Assembly (NCBI RefSeq): GCF_009914755.1
Contig: NC_060940.1
DNA length: 64,000 bases
DNA from: the human T2T-CHM13v2.0 reference genome, Homo sapiens
Direction: 5' to 3' (one strand)
This document shows, in pieces, positions 1-13,959 of the stretch; the stretch's first letter is position 1, and every line of letters starts with the position of its first letter. The position numbers were made by a program, and so were the translations under genes. The notes under the pieces were generated by a model, which saw only the letters and a list, made by a program, of their open reading frames with translations, was not told the origin of the DNA and did not search any database.

Positions 1-440
1 TTAGTCAGCTAGGTGGATGAAGCTCAACTGGTCTTGGCTGGGCTTGCTCAAGTGTCACCCATAAGTTTGGCTGGATTTGGCTTTGACCTAACTCATGTGT
101 GTCGTGACTGACTGGCTGTGAGCTGACAGCTAGGGGTGACTAGGCAGTGTGTTGCTCATCATCCAGCATGGTAGCCCAGTCTTGTTAGTATAATGCTTAG
201 GTGGGTTTCCAAGACAGAAAGGAAGTGTGCAAGGCATCTTGAGCTGTTGACTTAGAACTATCACATCATCATTTCTGCCAAACTCTATTGGCCAAAGCAA
301 GTCACCAGGCAAGCTCAGATTGAAGAACTGGGAAAAGAGACCCTACTTCTTGGTGGAAGCCACTGCAAAGCCACATTGCAAGATAATTGGGTACAGGGCG
401 GGGGGGTGAAGATTTGGTGACATTTTTACAGTTAGTCCAC
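1..440 (-). mobile_element. Old MaLR LTR (MLT1 family)
   Basis: Typical ctattggccaaagcaagtcac..cagatt..tgcaaag motifs. Confidence 0.75.
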
Positions 441-449
441 CCTACTTGG

Positions 450-556
450 TTCTAGTCCAGACTTTGCTTATAACTCACAATACAGTTTGTGGAAAGGTAC
501 CTCTCCTTTCTGAATCTCAGTTTCCATATCTGTAAAATTAGAGGCTTGAACTAGAT
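450..556 (+). mobile_element. MIR
   Basis: tctgaatctcagtttccatatctgtaaaat core. Confidence 0.7.
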
Positions 557-760
557 CAAGGGCTGACAAACTATAACCTGCTGCCTGTTTTACTCAATAA
601 AGTTTTATTGAAACACAGCCATGCCTATTTGTTTCTGCCTTGTCTTTGGCTGCTTTTGTGCTAGAACAGCAGAAGTGAGTAGTTGCAATAGAGACCCTGT
701 GACCTGCAAAACTAAAAATATTTACTATATCGCCCTTTACAGACAAAGTTTCTGACCTGG
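557..760. mobile_element. MER58A-like hAT-Charlie MITE
   Basis: aataaagttttattgaaacacagccatgcc..aaaatatttactat..ccctttacag. Confidence 0.8.
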
Positions 761-905
761 GAAGTAAATGAGCTTTCAATTTCATTTGATTCTAATATTG
801 TCTGTTTCCAAGCCTCCTCCACAGAGCTTAGTAATCATAATAGCACTACCACTTGTTGCACACCTACTGAGTGCAGTAGGCACTGTGCTAAGAAAGGCAC
901 TATGA

Positions 906-1219
906 GACGGGCATGGTGGCTCATGCCTGTAATCCCAGCACTTTGAGAGGCTGAGGCGAGTGGATCACCTGAGGTCAGGAGTTTGAGACCAGCCTGGCCA
1001 ACATAGCAAAACCCCGCTTCTACTAAAAATACAAAAAAAAAAAAAAAAAAAAAAATAGCCAGGCATGGTGGTGCACTCCTGTAGTCCCAACTACTCAGGA
1101 GGCTGAGGAAGGAGAGTTGCTTAAACCCAGAGATGGAGGTTGCAATGGGCCAAATTGTGCCACTGCACTCCAGCCTGGACAACAGAGAAGACGCCATCTC
1201 AAAAGAAAAAAAAAAAGAG
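906..1219 (+). mobile_element. Alu (S-type)
   Basis: Full dimer with expanded middle A tract; TSD ..gcactat. Confidence 0.95.
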
Positions 1220-1239
1220 AAAAGCACTATTGCAGGGTG

Positions 1240-1620
1240 GTCTTGAGAGTGGATCCTGGATCCAGGATGCCTGGTTTGAATACCAGCTCCATCACTACTG
1301 TGAGTTTTGACAAGTTGTACCTCATTTCCTCATCTGTGAAATGGGAATAATGTCACAACCTCATAGGGTTGTCATAAAAATTCTTGAGTTAATAGATGTT
1401 AAACCTTTGGAGAGTTCTGCCTAAACATTCCATAAATGCTAAATATTATTCTTTACTTGTCTTGTCTCAGAAGAATTCTCAGATCATCCTTTAGAATAAG
1501 GAAACAGAGACTCAGAAAAGTGAAAGGGCCTGCTGAAAGTCCCACAGCTACCAGGTAGCAGAGCTGAGATTTGAAGTCAGCTCACAGAGACTTCCTCCCT
1601 GTCCAGTCTGACCACACTCT
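1240..1620. mobile_element. Two MIR fragments (opposite orientation)
   Basis: cctcatttcctcatctgtgaaatggg (+) and aggaaacagagactcagaaaagtgaa (-). Confidence 0.7.
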
Positions 1621-1685
1621 GGCATCCTCCTAACACCCAGACAGCAGGATGCTGTGTGCAGGGCTGTTCTTACATCTTTACATTA

Positions 1686-2613
1686 CAGTAGCCTCCCTCA
1701 TCCATGGAGGATGCATTGAAAATCCCCCCAGTGGGTGCCGGAAACCATGGATAGCACTAACTCCTGTATACACTGTGTTTCTTCCTGTACATACAGATCT
1801 ATGATAAAGTTTAATTTATAAATTGAGCACAGTAAGAGATTAGTAACAATAACTAATAATGAAATAGAACAATTATAACAGAATACTATTCAGAATTCGA
1901 CAGATACAAGATTTGTTTTTACTGTAGATCTTAGCAACATCAGTGTATTAGTCTTTTCTTGCACTGCTTATAGAGACATACCCAACACTGGGTAATTTAT
2001 AAAGAAAAAGAGGTTTAATTGACTCACAGTTCCATGAGGCTGGGAAGGCTTCACAGTCATGGGAAGGTAAAAGGCACATCTTACATGGTGGCAGGCAAGA
2101 GAGAACTTGTACAGGGAAACTCCTCTTTATAAAACCATCAGATCTCATGAGACTTACTCACTATCATGAGAACAGCAAGGGAAAGACCTACCCCCATTAT
2201 TCAATTACCTCTCACCAGGTCCCTCCCATGACACCTGGGAATTGTGAGAGCTATAATTCAAGATGAGATTTGGGTGCAAACACCGCCAAACCATATCACT
2301 CAGCAGACATGTTTCTTTTCTCATTAAGTCAAGAACTTTCACCTTTTTCATTTAAAATAAGCACTTTTTAGCTTCTCTTTGGAGTATCCAAATTGCCAGC
2401 ATCACTACTTTTGCACTTTGGGGCCATTATTAAGTAAAATAAAGATTACTTGAACATCACATAAGATTCCATCATGCTACTTAGAATGGTGGGCAATTTA
2501 AAACTTATGAATTGTTTATTTCTAGAATTTTCCATTTCATATTTTCAGACTGCTGTTGACCATGGGTGACTGAAACCACAGAAAGTGAAATTGCAGATAA
2601 AGGAGGAACTACT
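1686..2613. mobile_element. MER44-family TcMar-Tigger element, interrupted by a THE1 LTR
   Basis: Termini cagtag../..ctactg; characteristic aaaacttatgaattgtttatttctagaattttccattt. Confidence 0.8.
1944..2298 (-). mobile_element. THE1 (THE1B-like) solo LTR
   Basis: tgtattagtc..aaaccatatca; 5-bp TSD atcag/ctcag. Confidence 0.9.
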
Positions 2614-2890
2614 GTGTACCTAAAGGTCATATCACCACCTGGAGAAAATGAGACGCTGTCTAGCCACTCCTCTCTGAAATGCTGTGCGATCAAATGCTAC
2701 TCTCCCAATTGCTCTGCCCATGGGAGAGTTGTAATTATTCAACTTGATGCTTGACTGGTTTTATCTCGGGGAAAGAGAGACAATGACCCGAGGTATTTTA
2801 TTTCAGTAAAGGCAAGCAACTTAGAAAACTCTCATGCTTGAAATAGACATACTTCTGAATAACTTAGCAAACGAGTCTTCTGAGGGGGCA

Positions 2891-2892
<2 letters not shown>

Positions 2893-2932
<40 letters not shown>
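2893..2932. repeat. (AC)20 microsatellite
   Basis: Direct reading. Confidence 0.98.
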
Positions 2933-2934
<2 letters not shown>

Positions 2935-3022
2935 CAAGGTCATCAAATCTGCGCCCTTGGCTCTGGTAGGAACCCAATCAAGGCATCACAGATAGGCACT
3001 GCTCCTATATGCAGAATCCTAC

Positions 3023-3813
3023 TGTATGAGTTTCCTATTGCCAATATAACAAATTACCACAAACTTAGTGGCTTAAATCAACACAAATTTATTATCTTAC
3101 AATTCTGGAGGTCAGAAGTCTAACATGTGTGTCACTGGGATAAAATCAAGGTGCTGTGCTCCTTTCTATGGTTACTTGAGGAGGAGCCATCTTGTCTTTT
3201 CCAGTTTTTAGAGGTCACCTGTACCCCTGGCTCTCAGTTCCCTTCTATCTTCAAAGCCAGTAGTGACTGGTCGAATACCTCTCACAGGACCATTTCTCTG
3301 ACCCTCATGCTTCTTCCTTCCTCTTCCACAGTTAAGTGCCCTGTGCTCCCTTTGGGTTCAACTGGATAACCCTCTCACTACCCAAAGTCTTCTGATTAGC
3401 CACCTTAATTCCATCTGCTACCTTAATTCCTCTTTGCTATGTAACATCATGTAATCACAGGTTCTGGTAATGAGGACACCCCGTGTTTCCCCACTGGTCC
3501 CAGCGATGCTAATTGTTTTAGGTGGGACACAAGCAAAGCGCTAAAACACAGATACACAAAATGGGAAAATCCTCTCCCTTTCAATTGTCTGCAATCTTTC
3601 TCATTATGTAAAACGAAGTCTCAAGTTGGTGTTACTCAGTCTTTGACACTCTCACTACCTCACATTATGTATTTGCACATTCTTAGAGTCATCTGATTAG
3701 CCACCTTAATTCTATCTGCTACCTTAGTTTCTCTTTGCTATGTAACATCATGTAATCACAGGTTCTGGTGATGAGGACATGGACATCTTGGGGAGTCTTT
3801 CTTCTGCCCTCAC
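3023..3813 (-). mobile_element. MLT1D-like LTR with internal duplication and insertion
   Basis: acaaattaccacaaacttagtggcttaa..ggacatggacatcttgggg. Confidence 0.85.
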
Positions 3814-3957
3814 ACTAATGATTTTTGCTGTCTGTCTCCCCTTCAGTTTGCCTCACTGCTCGTTCCCTGGCATCTAGAGCAATAATGTTCTCAAAGTCAG
3901 TGCCCAAAAAACATTTTTTTGATATTTTGAACATGTGCATATCCATTCATCTTCTAG

Positions 3958-4335
<378 letters not shown>

Positions 4336-6146
4336 AATTGCTTGTATTTTAATGCACAGGGACTTAGGATCAGATAGAAGTCAGAGGCACAAGAGTCACC
4401 AGGAGGGTGACCCAGAAATCTCACGTGGAAACATCAGCGCCTTTCAGCAACCACTTCTCAAGTTCGTTTGGCGTTCATTGTCCATCATTGACCTGGAAAG
4501 GACACAATGATAAGCAAGATAAGGAGGATTTAAATGACTTGGAAGAAATACAGAGCAAAGACATTAAATAAATACAGACCTTTAGAACTTAAAAAGGTGT
4601 CCGAGGGTCTCCATCCCCACGTTTCCCCTTTGGTCCCAATGTTGCTAATCGTTTTAGGTGGGACACAAACAAAGCACTAAAACACAGATTCACAAAATGG
4701 GAAAGTTCTCTCCCTTTCAATTGTCTGCAATCTTTCTCATTCTGTACAACGAAGTCTCAGGTTGGTGTCACTCAGTCTTTGACACCTGTCTAACACTGGC
4801 TCATCTCCTTTTTAACAAAGAGAGAGCAAGTCTCCGGCTACAGCCTGGATCAGGCTTCATCTCCCTGGGGTAGTGTCCCAGCAGTGCAGGTGGCAAAAAA
4901 CAGGTGGTTTGAGAGGCACTAGGGCCAACTCCCCCTCTTCACTATTAAAAAAACGGTGGCCCAGAGAGGAGAGATAACTTTCTCAATGTCATAGAGCTGG
5001 TCTCCTGCACCCCATCTCCTCCATTCTAATCCAATGTCTGCCTCCTGTGTGTGAAAGTACATAAGAAATAACAGGAAAGGAAACAAGCCATCTATACCTA
5101 AAGGAATGAAAGAAGAGAATGGGAAGGGTTGGAAGATTAGTGCTTCCCTCTCTGGCCAGGCTGCTGAGTGCCAGGACTTGGAGAGAAGACAGGAGAATGC
5201 CGAGGAGCAGAATGAAAAATGAAGCAGTCAAACTCCCTGCTGTCAGGGAAGCCTGCTCCCTTCTGGCTGCAGCCACTGCCAGAAGGAATACTCAGGGTTT
5301 GCAGAGGGAGAAGCAAGGGTGATGCCAAGAAGCAGCTGGGAGTTGGGCCAGAAGCTGGGGTTCAGGACTCCCCACGACCTATGAGGGTGGACTTCAGATG
5401 GAAGGTTCTGAGGTGATCTTGTGAGCCAGGCAGACCACCCAAAAGCTCTACCCTGCACCACTTAACCCCCCAGACCTCAAGGAAGCCAGCCCCTGCCCCT
5501 CCTCCAGCCAAGCCAGCCTCTTGGCAGACACACAGATGGCTCTGAATTAACAAGAGCCAAAATTAACTTTCCAGGAAAATGTTTCCACCTTCCGAAAAGG
5601 ACACTGAGAAAATATTGCATATAGCAAAGGGTTTCAAACTTTTTTAAAGCAGGTGATTCTGTCACTGAACAAACATGCTCATCATTTAATGATTTGGCAA
5701 TCAGAGTTTCAAAAAAAGTATTTGACTAGAGCATAGTGAGTGCACAAAGATGCATTTTTAGATTAATGTATATGTAAAAAAAAATAAAGTCCTGCTGCTC
5801 ATGAAAATTGGAGAGAGAATAGGTTTTGGGGCTCCAGCTCCTTGCCCCAACTCCATCACCTCTTGTGAGCAGCTAATTATAGATTGAAAAGCACTGAGAA
5901 TCCTCCCTGCCCCCTTCTTTGCCATGCTAAAGGAAGCATGGGTCTGAGTTTTCATTGGGTTTAAAGCCACCCATGTTTGAAAACCAGAGACAACATGAGT
6001 CTAAAATTAAAATGACCCTTATTCAGCAAAACTTGACTAGATATTGGAGCTGCAAAATCAAAACTTTTACAATTAAGCCTTGGATTCTCCTGGCTGTTTT
6101 GGCTGGTTGGGCTTTACCTCCCATCCCTGCATAGTTCAAGTATCTG

Positions 6147-6600
6147 TAATATGTTGCTGCATAACAAATCACTCCAAAACTTCAGGTTGGTTCAAAACTA
6201 TCATCATTTATTTCCATCACCATTCTGATCCACAGGGGTCAGCAATTTGGATTGGGTTCTCAAGGACATTCTTCTGGCCTGGGATGGATTTGCTGGTCTC
6301 GAATGAGGTTTATGCATGTGTCTGAGATCAACGGTCAATTAGCCATCAGATTGATGGTCACTGGTCAATTGATGGTCAGTTAGGGCAGCCTGGGGATGGT
6401 TTTCCTCCTGGGGTAGGCTGATGGTTGGCTGGCTGCAGCAGGGGCAGTGGCGGGGGGTCTCTGACCATATGTCTCCCATCATCCATTATGCTAGCCTGGG
6501 CTTGTTCACATAGTGGTGGAGGATTCCAAAAATATCAAGGGAGAACCCTGCAGGGACTGGGCTCAGAACTGGTACTTATACTTCTACTACCAATAGCATC
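6147..6600 (-). mobile_element. Old MLT1 LTR fragment
   Basis: ttgctgcataacaaatcactccaaaact..gctagcctgggcttgttcacat. Confidence 0.7.
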
Positions 6601-7064
6601 TCTTTCTGAATGAGAGGCACATGATAGCGAGTTTTGCAATGTACTGCAAATAGACACAGAGGTACTTGCCCAGAAGTGACGGGAAGGGAATAGTTTATTT
6701 TGGAAGCCCCATTTGCCTAGTGGTTAAATGATTCACTTATAATCCATTGACTTGTACCCATAAGGAATGATGGGAAATTGGATTCCCAGATGTCTCTTAC
6801 TTCCCAACACACCCCATAATGAAGCACAGCATAAACCCTAACCCATCTGCTGCCCTCAAGAATCAAAGGCAAACCCATTCTTTCATCAAAGGCCAGACTC
6901 CTGAGTCTCCATGTTTTCTCTCTATCTCCTCCACTCACAACACATGCCACCCATTCAACCCCACATTCTGCTTCTTTGGCAGTGCCCCTCATCTCCATGT
7001 CAGCCCAACACACACACTGCTGGATATGCAAGGAAAACTGACCACAATGGGATTCATAATGCAG

Positions 7065-7480
7065 ATTGTCACAAAGAATAGCAGTAATGCTACCCATACC
7101 TGCATTCAAATCCCCAGCTCCACCACTTCCCACCTGAATGACCTTGGGCAAGCTACTCCACCTCTCTGAACCTCAGTTTCTTTATCTGTCACATGGAGCT
7201 GCCTTACTCAACTGTATCCATAATATAAACATGCTGAGAATACGTACTGTGTGCCAGGAACTGTCCTAAGACCTTTGCGTATATAAACCTATTTTATCAT
7301 TATAACAACTCTATCAGGTAAGGTACTATTTTTATTCTTATTTTGTATAGGAGAGAATTGAGGTTCCTAGAGGTCAGTGACTTGGCCATGGCCACATAGC
7401 TACTAAGTGTCAAAGACAGGATTCAAACTTAGACAGTCTGGCTCCCAAATGCTGGCTTTAGCCACTATACTTAAGTCTCA
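7065..7480. mobile_element. Two MIRs, tail to tail
   Basis: tgaccttgggcaag..ctctgaacctcagtttc (+), then an antisense copy. Confidence 0.8.
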
Positions 7481-8826
7481 TGTGGCAGATAGATTTTCAT
7501 TGCAAATGACAATTCCATTTACCCTATGGTAGAGATCAGAAGGGCTATATTAGGGTAAATCATGAGGCTGAATCCTTGCTCAGTGGAGTATATGTGTTGC
7601 AATTGATTGGCAAGTTCTGCCATAGACACGGGACTGAGGAGCAGTGGTATGGTCCAGCACATAGTTTGCATCTCTGACTTATCTTCACCATACTGCTTCC
7701 AGACATTGCCTGACTCTAAAGAGTCCCCTCTGGGTTGGATAAAACACAGGACTTTACAGAATTTCTATCCAATAACTGATATTATGTATTTGCACATTGA
7801 AGGCACTCCTCCACTCCTTCGAATCCTCTTGACTTCCATACCTGATACCTCTGGACCCCTTAGTCTGGTCTCAAGGTGGATTTACAATCCACAGTAGCCT
7901 TTGGGATGGGCACACACACACTCCACTGGTTTTTGGAAGGTGGTACCATGAAGTGCCCATGACATTTGCTTATCACAAAGAACAAATGCTCAGAGGCTAT
8001 GGGGAAAGGATTGTGAAACAAACAAGGAATTTCTCTGACATCTCCAAGTTTTTCTTAAAAATTCATGTGAAGTTTTTCTTAAAAACTCATGTGACTTCTA
8101 CATTCGATTTCATATCACACCTATAGAAGTTAATTTTATATTACCTTTCATCATAAATAATTGATGCTCTAGGAGGATGTGTCTCATTTATCTCATGGCT
8201 TACCATGATGCCCAGGAGCTGGCCCCACCCCTTCTACTCCAGACAAACCTCAACAGGCAAATCAAAATGTAGTGGAAAGATCACAAGATTGATGATCCAT
8301 ACAGACCCGGGCTTGAATCCTAGCTCTCCTGCTTACTAGCTGGATGACATTGGACAAATCCCCTTACCCTTTTAAGCCTCGAAGTTTCCTCATATACAAA
8401 ATGGGGATCCTCAGTAATCCCATTACTGGGTATGTATCCAAAAGAAAATAAATCATTCTACCAAAAAGCCACATGCACTTTCACGTTCACTGTAGCACTG
8501 TTTACAAGAACAAAGACATGGAATCAACCTAGATGCCCATCAACGGTGGATTGGATAAAGAAAATGTGGTACATATATACCATAGAATAATATGCAGCCA
8601 TACAAAAAAGAACAATATCACGTCCTTTGCAGCAACATGGATGCACCTGGAGGCCATTATCTTAAGTGAATTAATGCGGGAACAGAAAACCAAATACCGC
8701 ATGTTTTCACTTATTAGTGGGAGCTAAACACTGGGTAATCATGGACATAAAGATGGCAACAAGAGACACTGGGGACTACCTGGAGGGTATGGATGGAGGT
8801 GTGAAAGGATTGAAAAACTAGTGGGG

Positions 8827-9124
8827 TGACTGGGTGTTGTGTCTCATGCCTGTAATCCCAGCACTTTGGGAGGACAACGCGGGCAGATCATTGAGGTCAG
8901 GCATTCGAGACCAGCCTGGCCAACATGGTGAAGCCCCATCTCTCCTAAATATTCAAAAACTAGCCAGGTGTGGTAGAGCACGCACCTGTAATCCCAGCCT
9001 CTCAGGAGACTGAGGCAGGAGAATCACTTGAACCAGGGAGGCAGAGGTTGCAGTGAGCAAAGAATGAGCCACTGCACTGCAGCATGGGAGACAGAGCAAG
9101 ACTCTGTCAAAAAAAAAAAAAAAA
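8827..9124 (+). mobile_element. Alu
   Basis: Full dimer. Confidence 0.95.
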
Positions 9125-9411
9125 GAAAGAAAAAGAAAGAGAGAGAGAAGGAAGGAAGGAAGGGGAAAAAGAAAGAAAAACAAAGAAAGAAAGAAAGAAA
9201 GAAAGAAAAAAGAAAGAAAGAGAAAGAGGAAAGAAAGTAATGAGGGAAGGAAGGAAGGAGAAAGGAAGGAAGAAGAAAGAAAAAAGAAAGAGAAAAGGAA
9301 AGAGAAGGAAGGAAGGAAAGAGAGAAGGAAGGAAGGCAGGAAGGAAGGAAGGAAGGAAGGAAGGAAGGAAGGAAGGAAGGAAGGAAGGAAGGAAGGAAAG
9401 AAAGAGAGAGA
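9108..9411 (+). repeat. Polypurine tract (A)n/(GAAA)n/(GGAA)n from Alu tail
   Basis: About 300 nt, almost purely A/G. Confidence 0.97.
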
Positions 9412-10309
9412 CACTATTGGGTACTATGCTCACTACCTGGGTGGTAGGATCAATTGTACCTCACACCTCAGCATCACACATTATACCGATGTAGCAAAGC
9501 TGTGCATGTACCCTCTGAATCTAAAGTAAAAGTTGAAATTATTTAAAAAAAAAAAAAGGAGGTCTTCTAAGAATGAAGAAAACCACCTTTGTAAAAAGTT
9601 CCTGAAACCAAAAAATACTTCAGAAATGCAGCTTCCTTTTCCCTATTTTTCTGCCCTCCAGGTTTTTTCAAGCTTTCTCAGCAAGCCTTGGTGTACATCA
9701 CCAGAAGGTGCTTGGGTGCTGAATTAATGAGACAAAAGGATCGGAAGCCTCTCCCCGCCCCCTCATGGACTTCCCTCCCCTTCATTTTGATTCGGCCCAA
9801 AATAACTGAACTTGGATTAAAGTTGGGTTCTCTCTTTATGTCTGGCAGCTTAGAAAGAAGATTAAAACCTTAAACCCTACAGCTGCAGTTTAGTAAAAAC
9901 CAGATTCTGCCTGGTTAATTGATTTTAACTTTCAACCCCAGGTGCCATGTGTCTGCATATGATTGGCTTTTTTTGTATTATCTTGAAAATTCATATTTTA
10001 ATCCAATGGTTTCTAATCTGAAAATTTTTTAAGTAATTCATGCAAATAATTTTTTAAATCAAATGGAATGAATGGATTTCAAATAAAGAGTAATTTTCCT
10101 TCTGTGTCTAATTCCCTAACCTCCACCCAGTTCTTCTCCATAAAGGCAGCAAAGAGTACGAGATTCTGATAAATCTTGACAAAAATATTCTATTTATTAA
10201 AAATAAACACAATAGCTATAAACATGGTTTTAGATGTGTATAGGTATAGATGTAGGTATATGTATAGACACAGATACAGATGTAAATATAGATATACAGC
10301 TATAGGCTC

Positions 10310-10600
10310 ATTTTTACACTAATGGAAGCATACTATACACAGAATTCTTCATAATATATCTTAAAGATTGTTTCATTTCAGTATGCATAGATCTGTTTTA
10401 TCCTTTTAATAGCTGTTTTGTTATTACTGTATGTTTTATTATTCCATTATTTGGATGAACCATCATTTTTTCACCAGTTTTCTACTAATGGACAAGTAGG
10501 TTGTATTTAATATTTTCCCATTACAAAAAATTTTATATCAGTATGCTTGCACATGGTCTTTGTGTAAAGATGATTTTACAGTTTGTAGTTAGAGTGTAGG
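10310..10600 (-). mobile_element. Ancient L1M fragment
   Basis: aatggaagcatactatac..tattccatt..ctactaatggaca..ggttg pattern. Confidence 0.6.
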
Positions 10601-10861
10601 ATAATTTAATATTAAATACAAGTGGGTTATATCTAATATTTTCCCACTACAACCAATTTTATATCAATATGCTTGCACATGGGTCTTTGTGTAAAGATGT
10701 TTTTAGAGTTTGTAGTCAGAGTGTAGGATAATTTAATATTAAATACAAGCAGGCTGTATCTAATATTTTCCCATTACAAACAATTTTATATCAATATGCT
10801 TGCACATGGGTCTTTGTGTAAAGATGTTTTTAGAGTTTATAGTCAGAGTGTAGGATAATTT
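10492..10861. repeat. Tandem repeat, about 127-bp unit x 2.9
   Basis: taatattttccca(t/c)tac recurs at about 10508, 10634 and 10761 with high identity. Confidence 0.95.
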
Positions 10862-11033
10862 GTCAGTGTCCCATGCATTAATATGTTCAGTAAGCATTTA
10901 GTAGAGTAAAACAACTTACTAGACACTTATGCGTCCCACTTCAAATCTGTCACCCTTATCCAAACAGAAAAACAAGATAGTTTATTCCAGAAGTTTGGTG
11001 AATTCAGATGCAACCTATAGAAATATCTCTAGC

Positions 11034-11356
<323 letters not shown>

Positions 11357-12149
11357 CTATCAATTATCAATGGTAGATGAAAATAAAGTTTGTTTCCCAT
11401 TCTTCTTCCCTCTACCCTACGAAGGAACCAAGCTTTATTTTCACAGCCTCAACAGGCCTATTGCTATTTATGACAAGCCAAAAATCTTGCTTGTGCTTTC
11501 TGGGAGCTTGAAGGCTCTTCAGTTTTTGAGGTTCTATAGCTATCAGATACCCTAAGGCTGAAGAATCTCTTTGCTCCTCAATTCTCTCCCCGCCAAAAAA
11601 AAATGAGTATACAAATGATTTGGGATTTTAAGTTCACACACATTACTCCTCAGACATGAAAAAACATATAGTTTATTTTATTACAGATCTGGTCTTTCCC
11701 CTGAGCCCCCACCTACTAGGTAGCAAGAAAAAAAATTAAATTTAGTCTAATTCCATGCAACAATTCAAACTATTCCTTTGGGTAATATTCAGCATCTCTG
11801 ATTACTCATCTTAACCTCAAAGACCCCTGTGAGTCTCTATCTAAGCAGCCAATATCCTACTTCCATTTAGGGATTATCTTAACCCTAGACATGACCAGTA
11901 GGGTTAAGTGGACATAGCGTTGGCTATATAGCACTGGTCCTGAGTCATGGGCAACCCATCAGATGGTGTCACCAGGTATTTCAAACAAAAGCCTTCTATT
12001 GAAAGGACTTTAGAGGCAATAAAGTCTAGTCTCTTCTTAATGAGTATGGAGGCAACTGCAGAATCATAGAATGAGCTTATACCAGACCTAATTGATGCAT
12101 CTCCCCAAATCTGCTCAGCCCCTCCTGGCTCCTGGTCCTTGGTTGATTG

Positions 12150-12760
12150 TTATATGGTGGATTAAGGCATATAGCAAAAATCACCCACATTCTTGGCTCT
12201 TTCCTGTGTCCTAGGCCTGTGCTATATAACTTTGTAATGTCCTGCTCCTAAAGGTGGAGCGTTTGCACCATCGCACGGCTCTGAGCTCAACCATGTGACT
12301 TGCTTTGCTGAAGGGATGTTAGCCAATGTGATAGAAGCAGAAGCTTGATAAACACTGGCTCAGCTGAGCTTCCTCTTTCTCATGCCCCTCACCAACTGAC
12401 ATGAGAACACGCCTAGGCTCATCTCATGGGTGATGAGAGACATCTGAAGAACATACGTCTGATGGGCTACCCATGACTCAGGACCAGTGCTATATAAGGT
12501 GCTCTGGTTGCCCAAACCAAGACAAGCCTAGATCTTCCAATCAAGACCAGCCTACATCTTCCAACCAAGACCAGCCTAGATCTTCCAACCAAGACCAGCC
12601 TAGGTCTTCAACAGTCAGTCTACTAGCCACCTGCAATGATGCCTGGGATAGAGGCAATGCATGGACCCAACAGCCTGTGTTCCTCTCCCCAAGGCTAATT
12701 AGATACTACTACTGCTCAGTGGCCAATCTTGCGTCAGTAGAGACTTATTGATTCTCTGAG
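12150..12760 (+). mobile_element. Old MLT1 LTR
   Basis: ccatgtgacttgctttg..agaagcagaagcttga. Confidence 0.65.
12515..12610. repeat. 24-bp minisatellite x 4 (aaccaagaccagcctagatcttcc)
   Basis: Direct reading. Confidence 0.95.
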
Positions 12761-13246
12761 GCTTCAGGATGGCCCAATTATTTAAGCAGGCCATACAGCC
12801 ACCTGGTAGAAAGTTTGTTGCATCAAACCTCTAACATGCTGAAGAAGACAGGAATTCATTCTTAACAGAATTAACACACACCCATGATATGAGTGTGCTT
12901 TCCTACTCTAAACAGGAATACAGACTCTGTTTTCCAAAGAACCTACACTAAAGACAGTCTCTGATGGCCTGTCTTAACTTCTCATGACTCTACCACTGTT
13001 TCGTTCCCTTGATCTGACTCTCAGCTCCTCCTCTTTAGAAGGAGAACAATACCACCTCTCTGACAAGGCTATTGAGTTTTGAGAACATGCTTTTCAGCTT
13101 GCAAATGCCCAATAAGAACAAAAATAAGAGCAAAAGAGCAGCAAGATTTTATTGTGCTAACTGCTTTACATACACTTTCACACCAGCCCTATGCAGTAGG
13201 TATTAATGTAATCTCCGTTTTACACATGAGGAAACAATCTTATTGA

Positions 13247-13467
13247 GCAGTAGTTTTCCATAAGGGCTGATTCTTCTCTCTGCAGAGGACATTTGACAAT
13301 GTCTAGAGACATTTTCGGTTGTTGTACTAGTGGGAGGGGGAGTGCTGCTGGCATCGAGTGGATGGAAACCAAAGATACCACTCAATATCCTACAATGTGC
13401 AGGACAACCCCAGCAAAGAGAATGATCCAGCCCCAAATGTCAATAGGGTCAAGTCTGAGAAACTGTT
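13247..13467. mobile_element. MER20 (hAT-Charlie) nested in a MIR
   Basis: ggacatttgacaatgtctagagacatttt..atcctacaatgtgcaggacaacccc. Confidence 0.85.
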
Positions 13468-13959
13468 ATAGAGGGAGGACAAGTGATTTCTTAAGATGAT
13501 GAAACCAATAAAAGGCAAAGCCAAAATTTAAACCTGAGCAATCTGATACCAGACACCTAACATCATGCATAGGCTTTGTTTAATTATTATTACAAGCCCC
13601 TTGAATCAAAGGAACAAATAAAGGAATAGAGAGAACTTGGCAGTTCCCAAGTAAGTCAAGGATCTTTGAAAATTTGCACGCTTCCTGAAACTTTGTCTGT
13701 CTGACAGCACTAGTTTCACCACCACGGATCATTAACAAGTTCACAATCAAGAAGGCACAAAATTTATCAAACATAAATCTCAGTAGTTGAGAATTCTAAC
13801 TATTGAAATATGATCTCCCTTAAAAAGAGATAAGCATGTTCTGATGTAATTAACATTCATTACCTAGTCTCTATGGGAACCCACACTATTAGTAATTAAG
13901 CTCTGGTCCCTAGAGCTCTGGTTAATCTGCCAGCCAGGTGGTAGATCAAGGTGTATTTG

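Larger units (their letters stand above)
8407..9557 (+). mobile_element. Old primate L1 3' end (about L1PA16/17), interrupted by an Alu
   Basis: ORF2 end (tggataaagaaaatgtggtacatatatacc), 3'UTR, poly(A). Confidence 0.9.

Noticed and set aside
4989-5276. ORF with a signal-peptide-like hydrophobic stretch
   Set aside because: GTG start, no recognisable homology and no supporting exon chain; hydrophobicity follows from the pyrimidine-rich strand.
8953-9494. Long K/E/R-rich and F/L/S-rich ORFs (also 22513-22971)
   Set aside because: Stop-free simple purine repeats, not genes.
12515-12610. CRISPR-like repeat array
   Set aside because: Head-to-tail repeats without spacers in primate DNA; it is a minisatellite.
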